Source: a virus
Strand: one strand, 5' to 3'
IMG/VR virus record: IMGVR_UViG_3300004369_000643
Coordinates: 38,595-102,594 of that record
Length of the DNA: 64,000 bases
Part shown: piece after piece, positions 26,611 through 36,257 of the stretch
Numbering within the stretch: position 1 is the stretch's first letter
Layout: each line of letters begins with the position of its first letter
Notes under the pieces: generated by a model
The model's database searches: none
Seen by the model: the letters and a program-made list of their open reading frames with translations, nothing else
What the model was told of the DNA's origin: nothing
Position numbers and translations under genes: made by a program

Positions 26611-28566
26611 GTGAACCCCTTTTTCATTTCAGACGACCACGCCAATAAGTATGTAGACAAAATTCCCCCTTGGGGATTTAATGGCTTGGGTTACGTAACC
26701 TACAAGCGTACTTATGCACGACCCATTTTTCTAGGCGACACCGACGTTATTGAACGCACTGAAGAATGGCATGAGACTATTCAGCGTGTTGTTAACGGCG
26801 CACAGGGTATTGGTGCCCAGTTGACACAAGATGAGGCAGAGCGTCTGTATGATTACTTATTTAATTTGAAGGGGTCTGTCGCTGGCCGTATGCTGTGGCA
26901 GTTAGGAACTCCCAACAATCAGCGTCTAGGTGGAGACTCACTAGTTAACTGCTGGTTTGTTGACGTTCAAAAGCCTACAGACTTTTCGTGGGCAGTTGAA
27001 CGACTCATGCTTGGTGGCGGCGTCGGCTTCTCATGTGATAAGCCTGAGCGTCTAGGTGTCGTCCGTAATGCTTGGGTGTCACATCAGGATGCTAACGATT
27101 CAGATTTTATTGTTCCCGATACCCGTGAAGGGTGGGCTGAACTCATCCGCAAGGTGTTTGAATGCTACTTTGGTGACGACGACAATCCCCATTGGATGAC
27201 ATATGCCACCCACTTGATCCGCCCTGCAGGTGTACCTATTAAGACTTTTGGTGGGACTGCATCAGGCCCTGATATTCTAATCTCAGGTGTAGAGAAGATT
27301 TGCAAAGTCTTGGACGGTGCAGTCGGTCGTACTTTGACTTCAGTTGAAGTTTTAGACTGTATGAACATCATTGGTTCTATCGTGGTGGCTGGAAACGTCC
27401 GCCGTTCGGCAGAGATTGCTGTTGGCCGTCTTGATGATGAAGAATACTTGATGGCTAAGCGTTGGGACTTGGGCGACATTCCTATTGAGCGTGCCATGTC
27501 TAATAATACTGTATTTGTTTCACCCGAAGAAATGCAGAATATGCCTGACTTGATTTGGGAAGGTTACAAGGGTAATGGTGAGCCTTATGGTTTCTTTAAT
27601 CTTGAAGCATCACGCAAGTATGGACGTATGGGAGAAGAGCGCCCTGACCCTTCAATTGTGGGTGTCAATCCTTGTGCTGAGATTCCTTTGGCTAACAGAG
27701 AGTCATGCAACCTCTCAGAGATTTTCTTACCTATGATTGATTCTCCTGAGCAACTTAAAGATGTTGCCAAGTTGTTGTACAAGGTTCAGAAGGCAACAGC
27801 GGCTTTGTCGTATCTTGATCCCACGTCTGATAAGATCACTTCTCAAAATATGCGTTTGGGTCTAGGTATTACCGGTGTGGCTCAGGCTCTTGATAAGATC
27901 GATTGGCTTGATGAAGCGTATGTTGAACTTCGTGAGTTGGATACTGCTTGGTCGGCAGAGCGTGGTTGGCCTGAGTCTGTTCGATTGACAACTATTAAGC
28001 CCTCTGGTACTCTTAGCCTGCTTCCCGGCGTCACCCCCGGCGTTCATCCCGGCTTTAGTCAGTATTTTGTTAAGCGTATGCGTATGGCTTCTACTGATGT
28101 TCTAGTTAACTATTGCAGATCAAAGGGTTTCTATGTGGAGCCTCTTCGTAATTTCGATGGCTCCGAGGATCACCGCACAGTGGTTGTAGAGTTCCCCTGC
28201 GCTTTCCCTGAGGGAACTATTTTGGCGGAGAATATGACTGCTATTGAGCAGATGGACTTGGTTCGTCGTTTGCAGAAGGTTTGGGCAGATAACTCTATCT
28301 CTGTTACTGTCTACTATAAGAGCGATGAGTTGGATGACATTCGTGAATATTTAGCAAAGTATTGGCACGAAATGAAGTCGGTTTCATTCTTGCTTCACAG
28401 CGAGCACGGCTTCGATCAGGCACCTATGGGTGAAATAACTAAGGACGAGTACGAGACTGTTCTACAAACAACTTCACCTCTTGGGGAGAAGTTGTCAGGT
28501 TCGACTATCATGTCTGACGATGAGTTTGATGCTGAGTGCGCTACAGGAGCGTGCCCTATCAGATAG
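26611..28566 (+). CDS. nrdJ: Class II (adenosylcobalamin-dependent) ribonucleotide reductase
   Basis: YKRTYAR; NCW; LMLGGGVGF; VAGNVRRSAEI; GVNPCAEI; TTIKPSGT; C-terminal CATGACPIR; GTG start with SD AGGAGG. Confidence 0.92.
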   Translation: MNPFFISDDHANKYVDKIPPWGFNGLGYVTYKRTYARPIFLGDTDVIERTEEWHETIQRVVNGAQGIGAQLTQDEAERLYDYLFNLKGSVAGRMLWQLGTPNNQRLGGDSLVNCWFVDVQKPTDFSWAVERLMLGGGVGFSCDKPERLGVVRNAWVSHQDANDSDFIVPDTREGWAELIRKVFECYFGDDDNPHWMTYATHLIRPAGVPIKTFGGTASGPDILISGVEKICKVLDGAVGRTLTSVEVLDCMNIIGSIVVAGNVRRSAEIAVGRLDDEEYLMAKRWDLGDIPIERAMSNNTVFVSPEEMQNMPDLIWEGYKGNGEPYGFFNLEASRKYGRMGEERPDPSIVGVNPCAEIPLANRESCNLSEIFLPMIDSPEQLKDVAKLLYKVQKATAALSYLDPTSDKITSQNMRLGLGITGVAQALDKIDWLDEAYVELRELDTAWSAERGWPESVRLTTIKPSGTLSLLPGVTPGVHPGFSQYFVKRMRMASTDVLVNYCRSKGFYVEPLRNFDGSEDHRTVVVEFPCAFPEGTILAENMTAIEQMDLVRRLQKVWADNSISVTVYYKSDELDDIREYLAKYWHEMKSVSFLLHSEHGFDQAPMGEITKDEYETVLQTTSPLGEKLSGSTIMSDDEFDAECATGACPIR

Positions 28567-28567
28567 T

Positions 28568-28602
28568 TTGACTTAAGCCGCAGGGGCGGATATAATATAC
28601 TC
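28568..28602 (+). promoter_or_regulatory. sigma70-type promoter, leaderless
   Basis: TTGACT(28568)-17-TATAAT(28591)-6-ATG(28603). Confidence 0.8.
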
Positions 28603-29115
28603 ATGATTGGAGTAAATGAACAATTTCCCCCCTTCGGCATGGTAGGAGTTACAGCGTCTAATGAATTTACTGATGTAATCTTAGATGACTTTGACGGTCG
28701 CTGGAAAGTATTCTATTTCTACCCCAAGGACTTCACATTTATTTGTCCTACGGAAATTAAAGAGATGGATCGAATTATCGATGAGGACGCTGACGTTGTT
28801 GGCTTTAGTGGTGACAACGAGTTTTGTAAGTTGAACTGGAAGCATTCTAATGATCTTATCAGGGATATTCGCCATACCCTTGCTGCTGATACAGGATTGT
28901 ATCTAGCAGAGCACCTAGGAATCGTTGATCATATAGAGGGCGTCGCCTTACGTGCCACGTTCATTGTTGACCCCACTAATGTTATTAGGTCTATTACTGT
29001 TAATGACTTGGATACAGGACGAAACGTGGATGAGACTATTCGGACTCTTAACGCTTTGCGTGCGGGTGGGTTAACTGGCTGTTCTTGGAATATCGGTGAT
29101 TCTTTTGTTGGGTGA
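28603..29115 (+). CDS. ahpC: Peroxiredoxin (AhpC/TSA)
   Basis: FYFYPKDFTFICPTEI; ALRATFIVDP; GRNVDETIR. Confidence 0.92.
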   Translation: MIGVNEQFPPFGMVGVTASNEFTDVILDDFDGRWKVFYFYPKDFTFICPTEIKEMDRIIDEDADVVGFSGDNEFCKLNWKHSNDLIRDIRHTLAADTGLYLAEHLGIVDHIEGVALRATFIVDPTNVIRSITVNDLDTGRNVDETIRTLNALRAGGLTGCSWNIGDSFVG

Positions 29116-29171
29116 TTGGGTATTATAATAGGCAAACTTGCATTTTTGTGCAACTTGAAGGGGTAGATTAT

Positions 29172-29301
29172 TTCTTGTACCGGCAAGAATGACTAACCCC
29201 AAGGAGGTTGATTGTGGATATCGGTTAACAAGCCGGTAACCGATATGCGATCAAGTATCTGGGCGGGGTTCGGTCATGGTACCGAACCCCGTTCTTTGTT
29301 T
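29172..29301 (+). ncRNA. Candidate structured small RNA
   Basis: Consecutive hairpins ending in a terminator, in an ORF-free intergenic region; no family recognised. Confidence 0.4.
29261..29301 (+). terminator. Rho-independent terminator
   Basis: GGGCGGGGTTCGGT-CATGGT-ACCGAACCCCGTTC followed by TTTGTTT. Confidence 0.8.
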
Positions 29302-29312
29302 ATAATATTAGT

Positions 29313-29678
29313 ATGTCTTCACTTCAAGAGTTTCATGAGCATAAGTTGAATGTTGACTTAATGTACTTGGCTGACTTGGTAGAAGAAGCCGGAATTTCTA
29401 GAACGGTTCCGATTGATGCCGACGGAGCAATTTCTTTGTCCTATGCAATTGCTATGTTGTGTGGAGCCGTTTCATATCCACATGTAGACGACTTTGCCCA
29501 TTTGTTAGACATTATACCTGCGGTTAATCGCCGCAGGTTTATTTATTGTTGGGATGCTTTAGAGTTTGAGTTTGGTAGCGATATTGTGTCTTGGTCGGAA
29601 TATCTTGGTACGGAAGAAACAGTGCGTGGTATTCGGCGTTTAGCGAAGGAAATTCAGCATTTCAAAGTTTCCCCTTGA
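29313..29678 (+). CDS. Hypothetical protein
   Basis: 121 aa; TATAAT(29301)-6-ATG leaderless. Confidence 0.6.
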   Translation: MSSLQEFHEHKLNVDLMYLADLVEEAGISRTVPIDADGAISLSYAIAMLCGAVSYPHVDDFAHLLDIIPAVNRRRFIYCWDALEFEFGSDIVSWSEYLGTEETVRGIRRLAKEIQHFKVSP

Positions 29679-29709
29679 CAGAGTTGGCTGTATTCATTAT
29701 TATATTCCT
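29675..29709 (+). promoter_or_regulatory. sigma70-type promoter, leaderless
   Basis: TTGACA(29675)-17-TATTAT(29698)-6-ATG(29710). Confidence 0.78.
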
Positions 29710-30099
29710 ATGAATCACGATGCTAGATGGCAAAAGTACTATGATGCTCTTCTTCAATATACTGAACGATATGGAGACGCACTAGTTCCAAGTGGGCATG
29801 TTGAGTTTTTAGACTCTGGAGTAGAGTTAAACTTGGGTAACTGGGTAAGTTACATGCGTACACGGTATCGACAAAAGGCTCTACCAGAGCAGCGAATACT
29901 ACTACTGGAATCAATCCCATCATGGCAGTGGGGGCCTGTTAGACCGGGGCCGAAGTCAAGAGATGTTGTAATGGTTAGAAACAATGAAATTCTGTCAAGA
30001 CATATTGCTGGCGGTGTGTCTTTGTCCACTTTAGCCCGAGAGTATGGTTTGTCTCGTCAAAGAATTCATCAAATAATTAAGGAGAATACAAATGCGTAA
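29710..30099 (+). CDS. Helicase-associated (HA) domain + HTH DNA-binding protein
   Basis: WQKYYDAL..Y..RYGDALVP...LGNWVSYMRTRY....LLESI..W.W; C-terminal SLSTLAREYGLSRQRIHQI. Confidence 0.75.
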   Translation: MNHDARWQKYYDALLQYTERYGDALVPSGHVEFLDSGVELNLGNWVSYMRTRYRQKALPEQRILLLESIPSWQWGPVRPGPKSRDVVMVRNNEILSRHIAGGVSLSTLAREYGLSRQRIHQIIKENTNA

Positions 30100-30391
30100 T
30101 TCAGAAGAATGGGAAAAAGTTTTAAATCAGTTGACCGAAAACAATAAACCTAAGTCAAATGTTACAGTTGGTAATATTATTGCCGCTTTAATTTCACTTG
30201 CATCTATTAGTGCGTTTGGAGGCACGGCTATCATGCTACTGAATATGGTAATTAATGAAGCGTGGCCTAACTTAACTTTGTTTCAACCCGGAATTGGTTA
30301 TCGCCATGGTGCAGCAATTTTTGCTTTGTGGTTGGTTTGGTTTGGTTTTAAGAATGTTATTACAAATGCAAGCAACAAAGTAGATGACTGA
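30092..30391 (+). CDS. Membrane protein (2 TM)
   Basis: Two hydrophobic stretches; SD AAGGAG. Confidence 0.65.
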   Translation: MRNSEEWEKVLNQLTENNKPKSNVTVGNIIAALISLASISAFGGTAIMLLNMVINEAWPNLTLFQPGIGYRHGAAIFALWLVWFGFKNVITNASNKVDD

Positions 30392-30895
30392 ATGTCCGCA
30401 GTATCTGAAATAGCAACTTGGGACGCCGCCGCAAAAGAACGTGTTAGGGATGTCTGGGTTTTCCATAATGCCACGGTTCTGCAGGGTGAAGGTTCTTTGG
30501 GGCAAATACAGCAGAACATACGAACACACTTAGACAATTTGATCGATGCTTACTTCGGTAAGAATGGTGCTCCCGAGAAGCACGAATGGGTCGTGATGTG
30601 TAAATACGCAATTTTGGCTGACAACTCCCTTACGGAAGATGAGATGTGGCGGACTCTTTGTGCAAAGCAGAATGATTACGGCCCTAATAATATTGCTAGG
30701 TTTGGTCAGTCTGGCGTTCTTTTACGTATGCACGATAAAGTTGCCCGCATGGAGAATTTAATTAGCAACGGAAGGACGGCTGAAAACGAATCGTTGCACG
30801 ATACATATTTAGATATTGTTGGATATTCGATTATCGGGATGATGCTTGATGACAGTAGTTTCTTTTTACCTATGGGAGACGACTGGCGGAAGTAA
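30392..30895 (+). CDS. DUF1599 / nucleotide-modification-associated domain 1 protein
   Basis: KQNDYG....FG..GVLLRMHDKVARMENL...ESLHDTYLDIVGYSIIG. Confidence 0.75.
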   Translation: MSAVSEIATWDAAAKERVRDVWVFHNATVLQGEGSLGQIQQNIRTHLDNLIDAYFGKNGAPEKHEWVVMCKYAILADNSLTEDEMWRTLCAKQNDYGPNNIARFGQSGVLLRMHDKVARMENLISNGRTAENESLHDTYLDIVGYSIIGMMLDDSSFFLPMGDDWRK

Positions 30896-30960
30896 TACTC
30901 GTATACCTCTTAGTTACGGTATTATAGTAATAATGTAAGTTTCGATTAAGGAGATGGGGT

Positions 30961-31077
30961 ATGCCCGAACCAACTGCTGTGCCAGATACTGAGAGGTCAA
31001 GACCTAGAGGTCTGATTGAAAGAGTGCGAGAGGCTATTGGCGACGCCCGCAATCGGGGCGCTTTACGTAATCGTTAA
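30961..31077 (+). CDS. Small Arg-rich peptide (38 aa, not in ORF track)
   Basis: SD AAGGAG; MPEPTAVPDTERSRPRGLIERVREAIGDARNRGALRNR. Confidence 0.6.
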   Translation: MPEPTAVPDTERSRPRGLIERVREAIGDARNRGALRNR

Positions 31078-31113
31078 TGAGTTATTTAATTTAGTATTTT
31101 TGGCAGGTCCCTG

Positions 31114-31755
31114 ATGGCACTTATTACCGTTTCTGACATTACAACATATATGGATATCACGCTTAGTAACGTGCAAGAAGATGCTGCCGGAATTGTCATT
31201 GAAGGGCTACAGGCAGAGTTAGAAGCATATCTGCGGCGACCCATTGAGCAACAGTCGTTCACTGAAACGTATCGTATACCTGATGTTGGTCGTGGCGTAG
31301 TTAATCAACAGTACTACTATAATTACACTACTGATCCTTCCACGACTTTAACTTCTCCGGGCATTATCTATACACCGATGTACACTTTATATTTAGACAA
31401 TAGTCCTGTTGTTTCTGTTTCTTCCGTTTCTATTACTCCTGCTTCAGCATCGGCCACTTCGACTGATCAGGTTGCGGAGAGAGATTATATTACCCGTGAT
31501 TACGGAATCGATCTGTTCAATGCTTTCGCCAATGATCGTGTTACTGTAACTTACACTGCTGGCTTGGATGGTCAAAATATTAAAGTTTTCAAGTTACTAC
31601 TGCTTAGAGCGGCGACCCGAGAAATGCAGAATATGCATGATGACGTTGTGGGATTGAAAGATTTAACTACTAGAAACGTTGCCCCCTTGGAGACAGGTTT
31701 TTCTGAACGTGAACTTCTTAGTATTAAGAAGTACCGCAGAGTTAGGGTGGCCTAA
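31114..31755 (+). CDS. Head-to-tail adaptor protein
   Basis: MALITVSDITTYM...LEAYLRR...SPVVSVSSV...VTVTYTAG...KKYRRVRV; position in the morphogenesis module. Confidence 0.75.
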   Translation: MALITVSDITTYMDITLSNVQEDAAGIVIEGLQAELEAYLRRPIEQQSFTETYRIPDVGRGVVNQQYYYNYTTDPSTTLTSPGIIYTPMYTLYLDNSPVVSVSSVSITPASASATSTDQVAERDYITRDYGIDLFNAFANDRVTVTYTAGLDGQNIKVFKLLLLRAATREMQNMHDDVVGLKDLTTRNVAPLETGFSERELLSIKKYRRVRVA

Positions 31756-31756
31756 C

Positions 31757-32266
31757 ATGGCGGCTAAGGTACGTATCAAAAAAGTTAAAACAGGCCCTCT
31801 GAAAAGAAGATTCGCCACTATGGTGCGCAGGTCTAATAACTTTAAACCTGTTTTTCGTTGGGCGATGCGAGAACTCGCTAATTCTCACGAGCAGTTGTTT
31901 GCTAGTGAAGGTGTTCCGGCGGGTGGACGTTGGGAACGTCTTAACGAGGAGTATGCTTCTTGGAAGTTAGAGAACTATGGTGCTAACGGTATTTTAGTTG
32001 CTGATGGTTCTTTACGTAAGTCTTTGACTGCTATTAACTCAGGACGTGGGGTTGTGCGTGACATCGGTGCCACAAAAGCACAGTTTGGTACATCGCTTCC
32101 TTATGCCGACTATCATTTTACAGGAACCCGCAATATGCCTGAACGTAAACCTATTTTTGTACCTAGAACATTTTCCGACAGAACAGCGTTTGTTGTGGGG
32201 CGATATATTATGGACGGGCAAAAAGGTATTGATGCTGCAGCAGCGGCAGCGAAGGTGACGATCTAA
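31757..32266 (+). CDS. Virion morphogenesis / tail completion protein (Mu gpG / P2 gpS-like)
   Basis: FASEG...WERL..EYA..K....IL...GSLRKSL...GTSLPYADYHFTGTRNMPERK. Confidence 0.8.
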   Translation: MAAKVRIKKVKTGPLKRRFATMVRRSNNFKPVFRWAMRELANSHEQLFASEGVPAGGRWERLNEEYASWKLENYGANGILVADGSLRKSLTAINSGRGVVRDIGATKAQFGTSLPYADYHFTGTRNMPERKPIFVPRTFSDRTAFVVGRYIMDGQKGIDAAAAAAKVTI

Positions 32267-32267
32267 A

Positions 32268-33140
32268 ATGATGTCAGGGCCTAGACTAGCAAAATCATAT
32301 GTCTCTAATTACCTTGTTAACGATATTCCGGGCAGACTGCTGACCTATAAAAATCATTGGGGTCTGAGTTCTTCTCAGTTACCTGAGCCACGTAAGTATT
32401 TATCGTATGAGCCGTTTGCTTTAGACGCTTGGCCAACTTTGATTACGTTGGCTATAAGTACAGGTAATATTGAGCGCACAGACTATGCTGTGGATGCTGA
32501 TCCTATTTTCCGGGTTACATATCAGATGCGTACATATATTTGGGTACGTGATTCTGGTGGTCAGATTGTTACGGATCAGCGAGATAATCTTGTAGCAGTT
32601 GTGCGTGAGGCTCTAATGGACAGCCCTTCATTATCCGCCTATGATTCGTCTGTTCCGTGTTACCCCAAGATTGATGAGTCTTCAATTCGGGAAGAGTTTT
32701 CCGATTTAACTTTGATTAAAGGTGAGCGCTTGCTGGCTGGTGCTTTTGTTGGGTATGATCTGTCTTTGGAAGAGCGTGTTGACCACGAGCCACTCGGAGT
32801 GTTGCAGTCTAAGGAAGCAATTGTAAGTAAAATCGCTCTTACCGCCAATGCCCCTACGAATGTTATCGCTATAACAGGGGATACAGAGGTAACTTTATCG
32901 TGGACTGATTCTACTTGGAATGGCGGAGTCTACGATATTACCGGCTACAATATTCAGCAGTCCTCTGACTCTGGTGCTACGTGGACAACTGTTGTGAGCG
33001 ACACCGGCTCATTAGATAGAGTTTATACTGTAAGCGGTTTGACTAATGGTCTAAAGTATCAGTTTAGAGTTGCTTCTGTAAATCAGGCTGGAGTAGGAGC
33101 ATATTCGGCTAGTAGCCTTGCTAAAACACCTACTGCATGA
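32268..33140 (+). CDS. Probable tail terminator/neck protein with C-terminal fibronectin type III domain
   Basis: Position; APTNVIA..GDTEVTLSW...ITGYNIQ...VSGLTNGLKYQFRVASVNQAGVG. Confidence 0.7.
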   Translation: MMSGPRLAKSYVSNYLVNDIPGRLLTYKNHWGLSSSQLPEPRKYLSYEPFALDAWPTLITLAISTGNIERTDYAVDADPIFRVTYQMRTYIWVRDSGGQIVTDQRDNLVAVVREALMDSPSLSAYDSSVPCYPKIDESSIREEFSDLTLIKGERLLAGAFVGYDLSLEERVDHEPLGVLQSKEAIVSKIALTANAPTNVIAITGDTEVTLSWTDSTWNGGVYDITGYNIQQSSDSGATWTTVVSDTGSLDRVYTVSGLTNGLKYQFRVASVNQAGVGAYSASSLAKTPTA

Positions 33141-33152
33141 TAGGATAGTATT

Positions 33153-36100
33153 ATGGCTATTGGTAGTGGTAGATGGGGTGGTTTGCGTCAAGAGCCGTAC
33201 AATCCTGACCCTAAAGATGCTGACAACGACGGCATCGTTCAGGAAGGCACACCTTTTGAGCGACCTATTGGTACTCGGTATCTGACTGCTGCTGGTGAAG
33301 AAATATCGAGCCTGTTAGATGGTTCTAACGTTTCCCAGTTGGATGGTTTACGGCTTGTTGATGCTAACGGTAATGATGTTTCATATAATCAGTCGTGGCG
33401 TAGTGAAAGTTTGTCTCTGGGTGAACGTCAGCAGTCTATTGGCGAGTCGTTGGGTACTGTTGGACAGTCTTTAGGAACTATTGATAAGGTTCCGGCTACT
33501 GGTGATTATCGTATGGAGCATCGTCCACCCGGACTTGGTGAAGGCGGGCCTTTACATGCTATGGATCAAATTTATCCTGCTGACGTGTATTCTTCTGACG
33601 CTATGAGATTGTATGGTTCTGGTTTGCGGGAAGATGCTGCTAAAGACCGTGAAATGTTTGAGATTATGCGTCGTGTTCGTGGTAATCCTAATGCTGAAGT
33701 TATCATGTATCGTGCCGTTCCGGTAGAGGGAGTAGATACGATTAATCCGGGGGATTGGGTTACTCCTTCTCGGCTGTATGCTGTTGAGCATGGTGAAGGC
33801 CCTATGCGTGGTCAGTATAGGATACTTGAGATGCGTGTGCGTGCAGGTGATTTGCATACAGATGGTAACTATATTTACGAGTTTGGTTATGATCCTATGC
33901 CGGTGGAGAAGCCTGTTGATAATAGGCGTTTGAGTCCTGCCGCTAAAGAGTTGCATGAAGATGTGATTCCTTCGTGGAGTTCGGGGGATGAGGCTTGGGC
34001 GGATTTCCCCGATTTAGAGGAGCGTGGATCACAGGTATGGGAAGCGTATTCAAACGGAGAGATTGACGGTATTGAATATGAAGAAATTTATTTCGAGGTA
34101 GTTAATGAGGGTTTACAGCGCCGATTGAGTGAGATTAGTCGTGTGTATGGGGATGAAACTGGTGATATTTTAGATGCTTGGGTTCGTGGTGACATTGGTG
34201 TTACTGAAGGAGTGCGTAATGATATTTCTAATGGGAGATATCAGGGTTTAATTGAGTTAATTCAGGATTCGCCCCCTAAAGAAACTTTGTGGCGTGGCAT
34301 GATGATCGACCCAGAAACTCAGCAACGTATGGAAGCGGCGGGTGTTATTAATATGCCGGTTGGGGCAACTTCAACTAATGAAAGAGCCGCAGGAGAATAT
34401 GCTGGCCTTTCTGGTGGAATGGGCGGGCCGTCATCTATTATGATTAAAGTTGAGGGGGCAAATGCGTTTCCTGCTAGAACTGTGTCACCTGTAGATTCTG
34501 ATGATGAGTGGCTAGTCACTGGAGATTTTGATATTGTTTCTGTTGATGAGTATGTTGGGTCGGGTCGGTTGCCGGGTGGTACACGTGCAAAGCAATGGAC
34601 TGTTCGTCCACGTACATCACCAGATTCAGATGCTGATGCTCCTGCTATTCGTGATGGTTCTGATGTTATTCAGCAAAGAAATATAGAGGTAGTAAACGGT
34701 ATTAAGGAAGCGGGTGGTTTGTTTAGACGTGGTGATATGACTCCTGATGAGCGTGCAGCGTTTATTGCCGGTGAGCCGACAGGAACTAGTCAGTATAGAT
34801 ATTCTACTGATACCCCCGCAGAACAGTTAGATGCTTTGATTGATCGCAGGTTGTCTACTGAGTTTGATGACAAACCAGCGGGAGTTTATAACCCTAGTTT
34901 ACAACGCCAGATAGAAAAGATAGAACAAGATAGGATTGAGTTTATCGAGCGTTTTGGTGACAGCGATCCTAATAATCGTTCCACTATTGATCAGTATGAT
35001 AAGAATATAGAGCGTTTAAGAGCACATCAGGATTATTTATCGAATACGCCTAGAGAGCAAATTAGGGAAGACATTTTAACGTTTCTAAGAACTGCGGTGG
35101 AAGACGAGGATACTCGTGTTGCGGTTACCGTACCAACAGGTAGATTAGATCAGATTATTTCTGGGGGCGGTAGGTATAAGACAACTCACGAGGTAGTTAG
35201 TAATCATTCTGGGTCAGAAGCACGACGACAGTATGAGGCGGCACTAGGCTTACCTATGTCTACCCCTGATGAATTACGTCCTGCGTCTGGGTATGTGTTG
35301 TATGGGGATCGAATGCGTAAATTGAATGAGGCTGCTGCTAAACGTGCCGAAGAACTTGGTGCAGATATGGATTTGTTTGATCCTTTGGCTTCTATACCCC
35401 GCTTAGAAGATTCAATAGGTGGAACACGGGTGTATGGTGATATTCAGTTCATTTTACGCCCCGAAGTTAAGGATCGCACTAAGTTTGGTATTGGCGATAG
35501 TTACAATAATACGATAGATGGTGCTCCGATGGTTGGTGCTACTGATGACGAGTTACTTGGTCAAGCATTTCAAAACATGGGTGGAAAGGGGGCACAAACG
35601 AACAAGAATAATAAAACACTTGCACATATTTTAGATCACATGTTGACTGGACGGGGAGATATGATGGGCGCTGGCCCAGAGGGAGATAAACTTTTACCGC
35701 AGCACGCATATGGTAAAGGTATAACAACAGATTACCACGAAGCGTTAATTATGGGGTCTTTTGATCTTTCTGAGGTTGAAAGAATCGTCATGCCGGTTGC
35801 TTCCCCAGAGGGGGTTTCTATTTCAGATGTTGAAACCATTAAATCAGAACCTACATTTATGAAAAATGTCTCCCCTGAAGACCTTGCTTTTTTTGAACGT
35901 TATTTCAGCGAAGGAAGTTCTAGGGCACAAGACGAAGTACGGTCTTTAATGCTGTCAACTGAGTTAACGGCTACATTGTCTCGCACCAAAGCAGATAAGA
36001 AGAGAGAAGAGTTTGCCGAAAAGATTCGTTCGCTCGCTCCAAATATACAAATTTCGTGGGTTAATACGTATGGTGTAGATTTTGATAAGGAACTTCAATC

Positions 36101-36248
36101 TATAGCGGATGCTGATGGGGTTGCGGTTGAAGACCTGTTGTCTACTAATTTCAGTAAGCGGTGGCCAAATTTTATTGCGGAGTTAAGGGCTGCTGAAATT
36201 CCTCTGGATTATGCATATGATTTTTCGACAACTGGCTCTGTAGTGTAA
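33153..36248 (+). CDS. Multidomain protein with three ADP-ribosyltransferase-fold domains
   Basis: YRAVP..INPGDWVT.S..YA..HG (polyvalent-protein ART-like); LWRG...ATSTN...DDEWLV (R-S-E ART); YKTTHEV...RPASGY...YGDIQFILR...RTKFGIGDS...YHEALIMG (DUF3626-like). Confidence 0.7.
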   Translation: MAIGSGRWGGLRQEPYNPDPKDADNDGIVQEGTPFERPIGTRYLTAAGEEISSLLDGSNVSQLDGLRLVDANGNDVSYNQSWRSESLSLGERQQSIGESLGTVGQSLGTIDKVPATGDYRMEHRPPGLGEGGPLHAMDQIYPADVYSSDAMRLYGSGLREDAAKDREMFEIMRRVRGNPNAEVIMYRAVPVEGVDTINPGDWVTPSRLYAVEHGEGPMRGQYRILEMRVRAGDLHTDGNYIYEFGYDPMPVEKPVDNRRLSPAAKELHEDVIPSWSSGDEAWADFPDLEERGSQVWEAYSNGEIDGIEYEEIYFEVVNEGLQRRLSEISRVYGDETGDILDAWVRGDIGVTEGVRNDISNGRYQGLIELIQDSPPKETLWRGMMIDPETQQRMEAAGVINMPVGATSTNERAAGEYAGLSGGMGGPSSIMIKVEGANAFPARTVSPVDSDDEWLVTGDFDIVSVDEYVGSGRLPGGTRAKQWTVRPRTSPDSDADAPAIRDGSDVIQQRNIEVVNGIKEAGGLFRRGDMTPDERAAFIAGEPTGTSQYRYSTDTPAEQLDALIDRRLSTEFDDKPAGVYNPSLQRQIEKIEQDRIEFIERFGDSDPNNRSTIDQYDKNIERLRAHQDYLSNTPREQIREDILTFLRTAVEDEDTRVAVTVPTGRLDQIISGGGRYKTTHEVVSNHSGSEARRQYEAALGLPMSTPDELRPASGYVLYGDRMRKLNEAAAKRAEELGADMDLFDPLASIPRLEDSIGGTRVYGDIQFILRPEVKDRTKFGIGDSYNNTIDGAPMVGATDDELLGQAFQNMGGKGAQTNKNNKTLAHILDHMLTGRGDMMGAGPEGDKLLPQHAYGKGITTDYHEALIMGSFDLSEVERIVMPVASPEGVSISDVETIKSEPTFMKNVSPEDLAFFERYFSEGSSRAQDEVRSLMLSTELTATLSRTKADKKREEFAEKIRSLAPNIQISWVNTYGVDFDKELQSIADADGVAVEDLLSTNFSKRWPNFIAELRAAEIPLDYAYDFSTTGSVV

Positions 36249-36257
36249 AGGAAAAAT

